Below are positions 55,385-64,000 of a stretch of 64,000 nt of DNA, piece after piece (position 1 is the first letter of the stretch; the number at the start of each line of letters is the position of its first letter). A model generated the notes under the pieces. It was not told the DNA's origin and did no database searches. It saw only the letters and a list, made by a program, of their open reading frames with translations. Source of the stretch: an uncultured Chloroflexia bacterium (GTDB lineage: Bacteria > Chloroflexota > Anaerolineae > CG2-30-64-16); NCBI GenBank assembly GCA_963810095.1, contig CAWEMM010000011.1:192001-256000 (forward strand), written 5' to 3'. Made by a program: the position numbers and the translations under genes.

Positions 55385-55417
55385 AGAAACCGGGTTTCTT
55401 CCAGAAGCCCGGTTTCT
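55385..55417. repeat. REP-like palindrome family C
   Basis: AGAAACCGGGTTTCT-TCC-AGAAGCCCGGTTTCT. Confidence 0.75.
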
Positions 55418-55488
55418 GGCGTTATTGTGCGGCTCGCGCCCCTATGGTAACATGCCCGGCAGGCTCGCATCTTCGATTCGGAGCGAAT

Positions 55489-56554
55489 ATGACGCACCCT
55501 CTCCTGCAACGCGCGCAGTCAACCGGGACGCCCGTCGTCGAGGGCAATCGTGCCACGTTCCTGTGGCAGAGCGACGCAGACGACGGCACACCACCCTACC
55601 TCGTGGGCGACTTCAACGGCTGGGACGCCGGCAACGCCGCCCCATGGTCGCAAATCGAGCCGGGACTGTGGTCGTTCTCTCGAACTGCCGGCCGACGCCT
55701 ACATCGAGTATGCACTGCTGCTGGACGCGCGCGACGACTCGCGCACCCCTGACGTATTCAACGACCACACGACCCCGAACGGCATGGGCCATGTCAATCA
55801 CTACTTCTACATGCCCGCCGGCGGCCCAACGCCCCTGGCAGACCGCGCCACGGGCGTTCCACAAGGCAAACTGACACGGCACCGCATCGACAATAGCTGG
55901 CTGCTCGCCGACGGCAAACGCTGGGTGCACTTCTACCAGCCGCCTGTGACGCAGCCCGTCCCGCTGCTGGTGGTGTACGACGCACAGGACTATCTCACCC
56001 GCGGCCGCATCACGCAGATCGTCGACAACCTGATCGTACAAGGTCGCATCGAGCCCCTTGCGCTCGCCCTCATAGACAACAGCAAGACGGCCCGCGGGAT
56101 CGAGTACTCGTGTAATGAGGCGACGATCGCGATGCTCGCCACCGAGCTCCTGCCGCTGGCGGCGCAGCATCTGAACCTGGTCGCGCCCCGCGAGCGGCCA
56201 GGCTCGTACGGCGTCTTGGGCGCGTCCATGGGCGGCCTCATGGCGATGTACACGGGGCTGCGCATGTCCCAGGTATTCGGGCGCGTGCTCAGCCAATCCG
56301 GTGCGTTTGCGATGGGCAAGCACGAGACGGTCGTCAGCGCGCTCGTGCGCCATGTCCCGCGTCTGGCGCTGCGCGTCTGGATGGACGTGGGCCGCTACGA
56401 GTGGCTGCTGGAATCGAACCGCAGCCTGCACGCGCTGCTCGGGGAACGCGGCTACGACGTCACATATCGGGAGTATAACGGGGGTCACAACTACCCGGCC
56501 TGGCGTGACGACCTGGCGCACGGTCTGGAGGTGTGTTTTGGCGCGAGGAAGTAG
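55489..56554 (+). CDS. Enterochelin esterase-like alpha/beta hydrolase with CBM48-like N-terminus, frameshift near 55680
   Basis: LVGDFNGW in the first frame; GASMGG, SQSG and GGHNY..W in the second frame. Confidence 0.85.
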
Positions 56555-56555
56555 G

Positions 56556-57537
56556 GTGTCGCCTGAGACCGCGAGAGCCACAAAGATCTCTAGGGTTGGG
56601 CGGCACGCATGGTTCCTAGTGGTCCTTGCGCTTTTGCTGGCCGGCTGCGCGCAGGCCACGCCCTTGCAGCCGGTGACAGCAACGTCCCCGCTCGCAGCGC
56701 CTACGCCCGGCGCGCTGGCCCTGACCATCGTCCACAGCAACGACAGCTGGGGCTATCTCGACCCCTGCGGCTGAAAACCCACCATCGGTGGAGTGGCCCG
56801 GCGGGCCACAATGATCCAGGGGGAACGGGCGGCCGCAAGGGGCCGCGGGGTACTCGTGTTGGATGCCGGTGACAGCCTGATCGGCGACCGTGAGCCGGCC
56901 ATGAAGACGCAAGGCGCGACGAGCGTCGAGGCGCTGAATCGCATGGCTTACGACGCAGTCGTGCTTGGCCCGGCCGACCTCTCGCTCGGCCCCGACCTGG
57001 TCCAGGCACGCATTCGCGAGGCGAAGTTCGCGGTCCTCTCGGCAGACATGTCCGACGCCGCGACCCACGCGCTCGATCGCGAAGCCATACGTGATCAAGG
57101 ACGTGCAGGGCCAGCGCGTCGCCATCGTCGGCCTGAGCGGGGCGCCGGACAAGAACGGGTTCAAGGGGGCAGATGGCGTCGCCACGGTACGCCGCGTGCT
57201 GCAGGAACTGCAGGGGCAGGCGGACGGGGTTGTGCTGCTCTCCCACGCCGCGCCGGACGTGAATGACCGCATCGCAGACGAGGTGCCCGGCATTGCCGCC
57301 ATCGTCGAAGGCGGAACTGCACCGCTAAACGGGCCGCGGGTCAGCAAGGTAACCGGCACACCCATCTACCATGCCGACACGCCCGCCTCGGGCCATGCGG
57401 GCCGCATCATGGGCATCGCGAAGCTCGTGGTCGACGGGGGAAAGCTGATGGAGCAAAGCTGGCGCTCCGTCCCCCTCAACCCCGAGTTCGCCGACGACCC
57501 GGCGATGGCCGCGTGGGTGCTAGAAGTCTACCAGTGA
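56556..57537 (+). CDS. UshA-like (5'-nucleotidase N-domain) selenoprotein lipoprotein, CxU motif, UGA at 56772-56774, frameshift near 57074
   Basis: LLAGC lipobox; HSNDSWGYLDPCG-UGA-KPTIGGVARRAT continues in frame into DAGD; SECIS-like hairpin downstream. Confidence 0.8.
56779..56809 (+). promoter_or_regulatory. Candidate bacterial SECIS element
   Basis: GTGGCCC-GGC-GGGCCAC hairpin starting 18 nt after UGA with G-led loop; alternative CCACC-ATC-GGTGG stem just before it. Confidence 0.55.
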
Positions 57538-57542
57538 GGACT

Positions 57543-57637
57543 GGAATGGGCCGCTGATTGAACTGATGGAACTGATTCTGACTGATCCTAAGAAGGATCA
57601 TGCCAATCGGTCACATCAGTCCCATCTGCGTCCCAAA
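57543..57637. repeat. Long-hairpin repeat family A, copy 7
   Basis: GGAATGGGCCGCTGATTGAACTGATGGAACTGAT...ATCAGTCCCATCTGCGTCCC. Confidence 0.75.
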
Positions 57638-57658
57638 TATCCTGACGGAGGACGAATC

Positions 57659-58651
57659 GTGGCTACACGCATTCTAAAGTGGGGCATCCTGGGCACGGGG
57701 CGGATTAACCGGGCGCTGATTCCGCCGCTGACCATTTCGCCGCGCAACAAGCTGGTGGCCGTGGCGAGCCGCGACCTGGATCGCGCACAGGCGTATGCGG
57801 CCGAGAAGGGCATCGAGCGCGCGCATGGCAGCTACGACGCGCTCCTCGCCGACCCGGAGATCGACGCAGTCTACATTTCTCTGCCCAACACCTTGCATGC
57901 CGAGTGGTCGATCAAGGCTGCCGCGGCGGGGAAGCACGTACTCTGTGAGAAGCCGCTGGCAATGTCGGTCGAAGAGGTCGACCAGGTCGGAAACGCTGCG
58001 CAGCGCTACGGTGTGGTGATTGCCGAAGCATTCATGTACCGCCACCACCCCCAGACGCTGAGGGTCGTCGAGTTGATCCGCGAGGGCGCCATCGGCCGGC
58101 TCCAGCTGATTCGCGGGGGCTTCACCTTCATGCTCGACCGGCCGGGCGATATCCGCCGCAAGCCCGAGCTGGGCGGCGGCAGCATCTGGGACGTCGGCTG
58201 TTACCCGATTAGCTACGCGCGCACCGCGGCCGGCGGGATCGCGCCCGCAGAGGTCTTCGGCTGGCAGGTCACCGGTCCATCGGGCGTGGACGACGCCTTC
58301 TTCGCCCAGATGCGCTTCTCCACCGGGGTCATCGCACAGGTCGACAGCGGCTTCAATTCGGCATTTCGCACCAATATGGAGTTCATCGGCGACGGCGGCA
58401 GCATCGCCGTCACCAATTCCTTCAAACCCGAGGCAGCGGGCCACGTGTACGTACGCAAGGGCGATGGGCCGGGCGAGCGGCTGCATTTTCCCGACCAGGA
58501 GCTGTACCTGGGCGAGGTGGAGGACCTGTACGACGCGGCGGTCTATAGCAAGCCCCAACGCGTCCCCCTCAGCGACACCCGCCAAAACATCGCCACCATC
58601 CGCGCGCTACTCGCCTCAGCCGAGAGCGGTGCGCCGGCAAGCTTGGAATAG
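57659..58651 (+). CDS. Gfo/Idh/MocA oxidoreductase (D-xylose dehydrogenase-like)
   Basis: WGILGTGRI, GKHVLCEKP, EAFMYRHHP, GGGSIWDVGCY; GGAGG RBS. Confidence 0.92.
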   Translation: MATRILKWGILGTGRINRALIPPLTISPRNKLVAVASRDLDRAQAYAAEKGIERAHGSYDALLADPEIDAVYISLPNTLHAEWSIKAAAAGKHVLCEKPLAMSVEEVDQVGNAAQRYGVVIAEAFMYRHHPQTLRVVELIREGAIGRLQLIRGGFTFMLDRPGDIRRKPELGGGSIWDVGCYPISYARTAAGGIAPAEVFGWQVTGPSGVDDAFFAQMRFSTGVIAQVDSGFNSAFRTNMEFIGDGGSIAVTNSFKPEAAGHVYVRKGDGPGERLHFPDQELYLGEVEDLYDAAVYSKPQRVPLSDTRQNIATIRALLASAESGAPASLE

Positions 58652-58741
58652 CACGCAGATTGGACTGATCTGACTGATTGACTGGATTTCCAGAGGCAAA
58701 TCCTGAAGATCGGTCCAATCAGTTCGATCTGCGTCCGATTC
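58646..58741. repeat. Long-hairpin repeat family A, copy 8
   Basis: GAATAGCACGCAGATTGGACTGATCTGACTGAT...ATCGGTCCAATCAGTTCGATCTGCGTCCGATTC. Confidence 0.8.
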
Positions 58742-58762
58742 ATCGCGACTTTCGGAGGTCCT

Positions 58763-60286
58763 ATGCCGCAGTATCTGATGGGGATTGACGTCAGCACCAC
58801 GGGCGCGAAGGCGCTGGTGATCGACGCACAAGGGAACGTGATTGCCTCGGCAACGGAGGAGTACCCGCTCTACACACCAAAGCCGCTGTGGAGCGAGCAA
58901 AACCCGGAGGACTGGTGGCAAGGGGTGATCCGCGCGGTGACCCGGGTGTTGGCCGCGCCCGGGGTTACGGCAGAAGAGATTGCCGGGATCGGGCTAACCG
59001 GGCAAATGCACGGCATGGTGCTGTTGGACGACGCGGGCCGGGTGCTGCGGCCGGCCATCCTGTGGAACGACCAGCGGACCGGGCCGCAGTGCGAGGAAAT
59101 CACCGCCTGGGCGGGCGGCCTCAAGCGAACGGTGGAGCTCACGGGAAACGCAGTGCTCCCGGGCTTCACCGCGCCGAAGGTCGTGTGGGTGCGCGAGAAC
59201 GAACCGGCTGTGTTTGAGCGGGTGGCGCAAGTGCTGCTGCCCAAGGATTATATCCGCTACCGGCTGACCGGCGAGTACGCAACCGAGGTGTCGGATGCGT
59301 CTGGCACCGCGCTGTTCGACGTCGGCAACCGGCGCTGGAGCGCGACGATGGCCGGCCTGCTCGCGATCCCGATGGGCTGGCTGCCGCACGTAGACGAGTC
59401 GCACGTGGTGACAGGCCGGGTCGCGGAAAGCGCGGCCAGGCTGACCGGGCTTAAGGCCGGCACACCCGTGGTGGGCGGCGGCGGCGACCAGGCCGCGCAG
59501 GCGGTTGGCAGCGGGATCGTCCGGCCGGGCATCGTGTCGGTGACCAGCGGCACCAGCGGCGTCGTCTTCGCCCACGCGGACTCCTACGCGCCCGAGCCGG
59601 CCGGCCGGGTCCATGTCTTTTGTCATGCGGTGACGGGCGCGTGGCATGCCATGGGCGTGATGCTCTCCGCGGGCGGCGCCTTCCGCTGGCTGCGCGACGC
59701 GATGGCAGGCGAAGAGAAAGCTGCGGCCGCGGCATCCGGCCGTGATCCCTATGAGCTGCTAACAGAACAGGCCGCAAGGGTGCCGCCCGGCAGCGAAGGG
59801 CTCCTCTTCCTGCCCTACCTGACCGGCGAGCGCTGCCCCTACCCCGACCCGAACGCACGCGGGGCGTTTGTGGGCCTGACGCTGCGGCACGGCAAGGGCC
59901 ACCTGGTCCGCTCAGTGCTGGAGGGCGTGTCGTACGGGCTGCGCGACAGCCTGGAGCTGATCAAGGGTCTCGGCGTGCCGATCGATCAGGTCCGCGCGTC
60001 GGGCGGCGGCGCGAAAAGCCCGCTCTGGCGCCAGATCCAGGCGGATGTGTTCGGGACGGAACTGGTGCTCGTCGACGTGACGGAGGGCGCGGCGATGGGT
60101 GCTGCGCTGCTGGCCGGCGTCGGCGCGGGGATGTACGGCGACGTGCGCGAGGCGGTGGATGCGGCCGTGCATGTCACGAGCAGCACGAAGCCGCAGGCGG
60201 ATGCCGCGGCAGAGTACGAGCGGGGTTACGCGCTGTATCGGGACCTGTACCCGGCGCTCAAGCCGACGTTCGACGCGCTGGCATAG
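58763..60286 (+). CDS. xylB: Xylulokinase
   Basis: GIDVSTT, GQMHG, ILWNDQR, SDASGT, GGGDQAA, PYLTGER, GGGAKS..WRQIQAD. Confidence 0.94.
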   Translation: MPQYLMGIDVSTTGAKALVIDAQGNVIASATEEYPLYTPKPLWSEQNPEDWWQGVIRAVTRVLAAPGVTAEEIAGIGLTGQMHGMVLLDDAGRVLRPAILWNDQRTGPQCEEITAWAGGLKRTVELTGNAVLPGFTAPKVVWVRENEPAVFERVAQVLLPKDYIRYRLTGEYATEVSDASGTALFDVGNRRWSATMAGLLAIPMGWLPHVDESHVVTGRVAESAARLTGLKAGTPVVGGGGDQAAQAVGSGIVRPGIVSVTSGTSGVVFAHADSYAPEPAGRVHVFCHAVTGAWHAMGVMLSAGGAFRWLRDAMAGEEKAAAAASGRDPYELLTEQAARVPPGSEGLLFLPYLTGERCPYPDPNARGAFVGLTLRHGKGHLVRSVLEGVSYGLRDSLELIKGLGVPIDQVRASGGGAKSPLWRQIQADVFGTELVLVDVTEGAAMGAALLAGVGAGMYGDVREAVDAAVHVTSSTKPQADAAAEYERGYALYRDLYPALKPTFDALA

Positions 60287-60583
60287 GGGGGTGTTCTATG
60301 AATCGGGCGCTGCTTCCGCTTCTGGCTCCGTAGTCCTCCGCTTTAGAACTAGGCGGACTTGCGTCATAAGTAGAGAAAAAGTTTGCAGGAAAGTCCGACA
60401 TTCCGCCGATGACTTTTCCAAAGTCCTCCCCTATACTCTTGCTTGGGTGTGGGGAGTTAGAGCTTCTTCTGAGTGGGTGTGAGGACACGTGGGATGGTCG
60501 TAGAGACTTGGGGGAGTTGAAGCGACCGGTTTTCCCTCCGTGGACGGGTGTGGGGACCGCGACGAGAGTTGGGTGGATGTGGG

Positions 60584-60625
60584 GTGAAGAGGGGAGAGCC
60601 TTGGGGGAGGCTCTCCCCTCTTCAC
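60584..60625. terminator. 18-bp perfect hairpin downstream of tRNA-Arg
   Basis: GTGAAGAGGGGAGAGCCT-TGGGGG-AGGCTCTCCCCTCTTCAC. Confidence 0.55.
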
Positions 60626-60661
60626 TTTAACCGTCCTCTGGCATCAGGAGCGCCCGATCAG

Positions 60662-60734
60662 TACCCCCAGCAGGACTCGAACCTGCAGCCTTAGGCTTAG
60701 AAGGCCTCTGCTCTGTCCTTTGAGCTATGGGGGC
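60662..60734 (-). tRNA. tRNA-Arg (anticodon UCU), CCA not encoded
   Basis: GCCCCCA acceptor stem, TAGCTCA D-arm, anticodon loop CTTCTAA, GGTTCGAGTCC T-arm. Confidence 0.95.
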
Positions 60735-60745
60735 GCCTCCTGATT

Positions 60746-61189
60746 CTAGCGTTTGGGCGATTCGCTGTCAATTAACTGCGCCGGCGCGTCCAAGTCGTTC
60801 AGCCACGCCATAAACGCGGGCAGGTCGGCAAATACCTGGGCGGCGATGGCGCGGATCACCCAATTCTCGCGTAAGGGCGAAATGGCGATAACCGGCACGC
60901 CCTTTTCGTAGGCTGCGTTCATCTCCAACGCGGTGCCCATGCTCGCCTGTGGCACATAGGCGATGACGACATCGCAGGAACTGGCGAGCGTCACCAGGGC
61001 AAACAGCGTCTCGCGGGCCGCCTCGTCGTCGTACTCCACGCTGTTGGGGTGCAGCACCAACGGGTCGATCACGTCGAGGTCGGGCCACTTCGCCAGCAGC
61101 GCCTCCCCGATCGCATTCCGATATGACTGGTCGACAATGCCCTTCCCCGCCAAAGATGCCTGCATAACGCCTGCCAGAAACACCCGCAT
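60746..61189 (-). CDS. Nucleoside 2-deoxyribosyltransferase-like protein
   Basis: VFLAG..M, DP, DVVIAY, SMGTALEM..AY. Confidence 0.75.
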   Translation of the reverse strand: MRVFLAGVMQASLAGKGIVDQSYRNAIGEALLAKWPDLDVIDPLVLHPNSVEYDDEAARETLFALVTLASSCDVVIAYVPQASMGTALEMNAAYEKGVPVIAISPLRENWVIRAIAAQVFADLPAFMAWLNDLDAPAQLIDSESPKR

Positions 61190-61191
61190 CG

Positions 61192-61812
61192 CTAGATCCT
61201 CCCGAAGGTATTTTCGACCACGCCCGGCAGCAGGTCATAGATACTGCACCCGGCGCGCCGCTCGAAGTCCGCACGAATTTCGAACTTCTTGCGCCACTTC
61301 CGCACGCTGTACGGGCTCACACCCACTTCCGCGCCGTACCGGATCGCCACATCCAGCATCCGCTTCTCCATCAACACGAACCCTTCGGCCATGGCGAGCG
61401 CGTCGCACAACTGGATCAGCCGGTCGTAGTCGTCGAACTCGACCCGTGCGAGGTAGTCCTGTATGAAGCGCAGCTCGGCCGGGTTGCAGTCCCACTCGCC
61501 GAAGATCTCGCGGTAGTCGCCGGCGGGGAAAGAGTGGGTCAGGCTGATGCGGGCTGCATCGTCGAAGCCGAGACCGGCAAGATAGTGATACCCGTCGAGC
61601 ACGTGGCGCATGCCCGTGACGCCCTCACGGCGGCCGATGTCGTGCAACAGGCCGAGCACATACGCCCCTTCCGCATCCAGGCCGGGTACACGGTCGGCGA
61701 TGCGCCGCGCGGCCTCGCCCACGTGTTGCGAGTGGGCCGTCCACGGCCCCGGATTCCGTGCGCCCGCCTCGGCAAGCAGCGCTTGGGCGGCAGCCAGTTC
61801 AGGTATCAGCAT
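61192..61812 (-). CDS. HD domain phosphohydrolase
   Basis: HS, GLLHDIGR, H..G, HS, LCDALA; GGAG RBS. Confidence 0.88.
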   Translation of the reverse strand: MLIPELAAAQALLAEAGARNPGPWTAHSQHVGEAARRIADRVPGLDAEGAYVLGLLHDIGRREGVTGMRHVLDGYHYLAGLGFDDAARISLTHSFPAGDYREIFGEWDCNPAELRFIQDYLARVEFDDYDRLIQLCDALAMAEGFVLMEKRMLDVAIRYGAEVGVSPYSVRKWRKKFEIRADFERRAGCSIYDLLPGVVENTFGRI

Positions 61813-61822
61813 TCTCTCCGCT

Positions 61823-61883
61823 CCTTCACGTCTCGATCTTCGCGCTCCCCGCCCTGGACACCCTCGTGGCTTCGCGTTCCAAA
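61823..61883. repeat. Repeat family B half copy
   Basis: ..CTCGTGGCTTCGCGTTCCAAA matches the right arm at 41535-41557. Confidence 0.55.
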
Positions 61884-61960
61884 CCACCACATGATATACT
61901 CCGCTCGTCACTATCGGCCAAAATCCTTAACCGTCCCCACCGATCTGGAGCGGGTAGCTT

Positions 61961-63049
61961 ATGCAAATCGCCATTATCGGCCTGCCTAACAGCACGAAGA
62001 CCACCGTTTTCAACGCGCTGACGCGCGCCAACCTGGAAACGACCGCCTTCAGTTCGGGCTTGTTTGAAGTCCACAGCGCGGTCGTGGATGTGCCCGACGC
62101 GCGCGTCGACCGCTTGTCCGCGATGTACAAGCCGCGCAAGACCATCTACGCGAAAGTGACCTATGCCGACATCGCCGGCCTGGCGAAGGGCGTCGGGGCA
62201 GGCGGCCTGAGCGGACCGTTGCTCAACACGCTCAGCCAGTCGGACGCCTTGCTGCACGTGGTGCGCGCGTTCGAGGACCCCGACGTGCCCCACACCGAGG
62301 GCTCGATCGACCCCTGCCGCGACATCGCGATCCTCGACGACGAGCTCCTGCTGTCCGACCAGATCATCGTCGAACGCCGCATCGAACGGCTCGACGCGGG
62401 AATCAAGAAGGGCGGCGACAAGCTCCAGCGCGCCCGTGACGAGGCAGAGCTCGAATTGTTCCGCCGCCTCCTCGCGCAGCTGGAGACCGGCGCACCCCTA
62501 CGTGACATGGCCCTGGACGAGCACGAAGCGAAGTCGCTCCGCAACTACGGACTCCTCACGCTCAAGCCGCTGCTGATTGTGCTCAACGTAGGCGACAGCC
62601 CCACCGACGTCTCCGTCGAGCAGATGTGCAACTACCGTCACCAGAACGTGGTAACCGCCAGCATCCAGGGCCGGCTGGAGATGGAGCTTGCACAGATGCC
62701 GCCCGAGGACGCGGCCGAGTTTCTGGCGGGGTACGGCATCACCGAGCCCGGCCTCAATCGCGTGATCCGCATGAGTTACCGGCTCCTGGGCCTGCACAGC
62801 TTCTTCACCGTGGGCGAGGACGAGGTCCGGGCGTGGACCATCCATGCCGGCGAGAACGCGGTCGACGCGGCCGGCGTCATTCATACCGACCTCGCCCGCG
62901 GCTTCATCCGCGCCGAAGTGGTGCACTACGACGCGCTGGTCGCGGCGGGCAGCCATGCCAAGGCCAAGGAAAAAGGCTCGGTGCGCCTGGAGGGCAAGGA
63001 GTACATCGTTAAAGACGGCGACATCCTCAACATCCGCTTCAACGTCTAG
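61961..63049 (+). CDS. ychF: Ribosome-binding ATPase YchF
   Basis: FNALT, DIAGL, FFTVGEDEVRAW, HTDLARGFIRAE, EGKEYIVKDGD. Confidence 0.95.
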   Translation: MQIAIIGLPNSTKTTVFNALTRANLETTAFSSGLFEVHSAVVDVPDARVDRLSAMYKPRKTIYAKVTYADIAGLAKGVGAGGLSGPLLNTLSQSDALLHVVRAFEDPDVPHTEGSIDPCRDIAILDDELLLSDQIIVERRIERLDAGIKKGGDKLQRARDEAELELFRRLLAQLETGAPLRDMALDEHEAKSLRNYGLLTLKPLLIVLNVGDSPTDVSVEQMCNYRHQNVVTASIQGRLEMELAQMPPEDAAEFLAGYGITEPGLNRVIRMSYRLLGLHSFFTVGEDEVRAWTIHAGENAVDAAGVIHTDLARGFIRAEVVHYDALVAAGSHAKAKEKGSVRLEGKEYIVKDGDILNIRFNV

Positions 63050-63052
63050 AGA

Positions 63053-63083
63053 CGTAGGGGACGATGCACGGTCGCCCCCTACG
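63053..63083. repeat. GTAG-type REP palindrome between convergent genes
   Basis: CGTAGGGG..CCCCTACG; contains the stop codon of the transglutaminase gene. Confidence 0.6.
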
Positions 63084-64000
63084 CCTGCCGTTTCCCGGTC
63101 ATATTTGCCAGCCACAGCTCCCGCAGCGCGGTCCACAGCCTTCCCCAGCGGCGGGCCGGCGCGCGGGCCACCTCAGGCGGGGCAAACAGCCTCCGCTCCA
63201 CTTCCTCGGTCAACCCCAGCGCCTGGCCGTGCACCACTTCGGCGGCTTCAGCGGCCTGCAACCTGCGCCAGCGTGCCTGACCCGCGACCCTTTGTGCCGC
63301 CGACCCAAGTTCCGCTGCATACTCGCGCGGCGTCTCGCCCGGCTCCAGCGGCTGTCCGAGCCGGCCGCCCCAGGCCACCAGCCGCTCGAACGCTTCGACC
63401 GGTTCGCCTGCCGACAGCGGAACAGGGCGGGACGACGCACGGTTGAGCCAGATCGCCCACGCCAGGACGAGCCCCAACCCTGCCGCAAGGAGGATGCGCC
63501 GCGCCGTCTCTTGCCGCGCCACCGCCACATTCACGGACCGCGCGCTGCTGGATCTCGGCCATGCCCCCCGCCAGGTCCTCGGGGCCCCTTTCATACCCGA
63601 GCGGCGGCAGCGATGGCTCCGCGGTGGCGCGACGGGCAGGCGGCTGCATGTAGGCGGTCGGCTCGAACCCCACCCAGCCGATGCCGGGGAAATAGAGCTC
63701 GGGCCAGGAATGCGCCTGGGCCTCCGTCACGGAGTACTCGCCGGTCTCCTCGTCGAGATTGCCGGTCGCATACCCAATCGCAAGGCGTGCCGGGATGCCG
63801 CTCAAACGGGCCAGCACGACCATCGCCGACGCGTAGTAATCGCAGTAGCCCTTCTTCAAATCATAGAGAAACCAGGAGACAAGCTCGCGACCGGCCGGCG
63901 GGGTCGGCACGTCGAGCGAATAGGGGATCTTTCGCAGCTCGTTTTCGATGGCCGCAGCTTTATCGAACGGCGTGCCCGCGCCCGCGGTCCACGCTTTCGC
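63079..64000 (-). CDS. Transglutaminase-like membrane protein (TgpA/DUF4129-type), 5' end outside the window, frameshift near 63538
   Basis: GYCDYYASAM..GIPARLAIGY, AHSWPELYFPG.GWVGFEPT; C-terminal GETPREYA in the shifted frame. Confidence 0.88.

Noticed and set aside
60258-60630. Short ORFs in the region next to tRNA-Arg
   Set aside because: Atypical composition, no RBS or recognisable motifs, mutually overlapping on both strands

Overview
A GC-rich bacterial chromosomal segment, most likely Chloroflexota (Anaerolineae/Caldilineae-like). This is inferred from the C-terminal xIFLPxxxR motif of a secreted protein, the REP-like palindromes and the gene content. Most of the window is housekeeping or metabolic: a W/Mo aldehyde:ferredoxin oxidoreductase with MoaD, a NarL-type two-component system with an ECF sigma, nadE, rsmA, lepA, an operon joining Rieske/cytochrome b (complex III) with sdhCDAB, acnA-icd, ferritin, xylB, tRNA-Arg(UCU) and ychF. 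Four things stand out. (1) A three-gene island at 16411-22685 encodes a metallophosphoesterase, a pentapeptide-repeat/K+-channel-like fusion and a ~1300-aa STAND NTPase, and is a candidate new defence/conflict system. (2) A hidden selenoprotein at 56556-57537 is a UshA-like lipoprotein with a C-G-UGA motif and a SECIS-like hairpin. (3) Several families of intergenic inverted repeats occur, some supplying stop codons to host genes. (4) There are a candidate attenuator before a GT2 gene, a 17-bp VNTR and an iteron-like patch after the tRNA. Seven genes each carry one frameshift, probably from sequencing or assembly indels. All family assignments come from motif recognition, not database searches.
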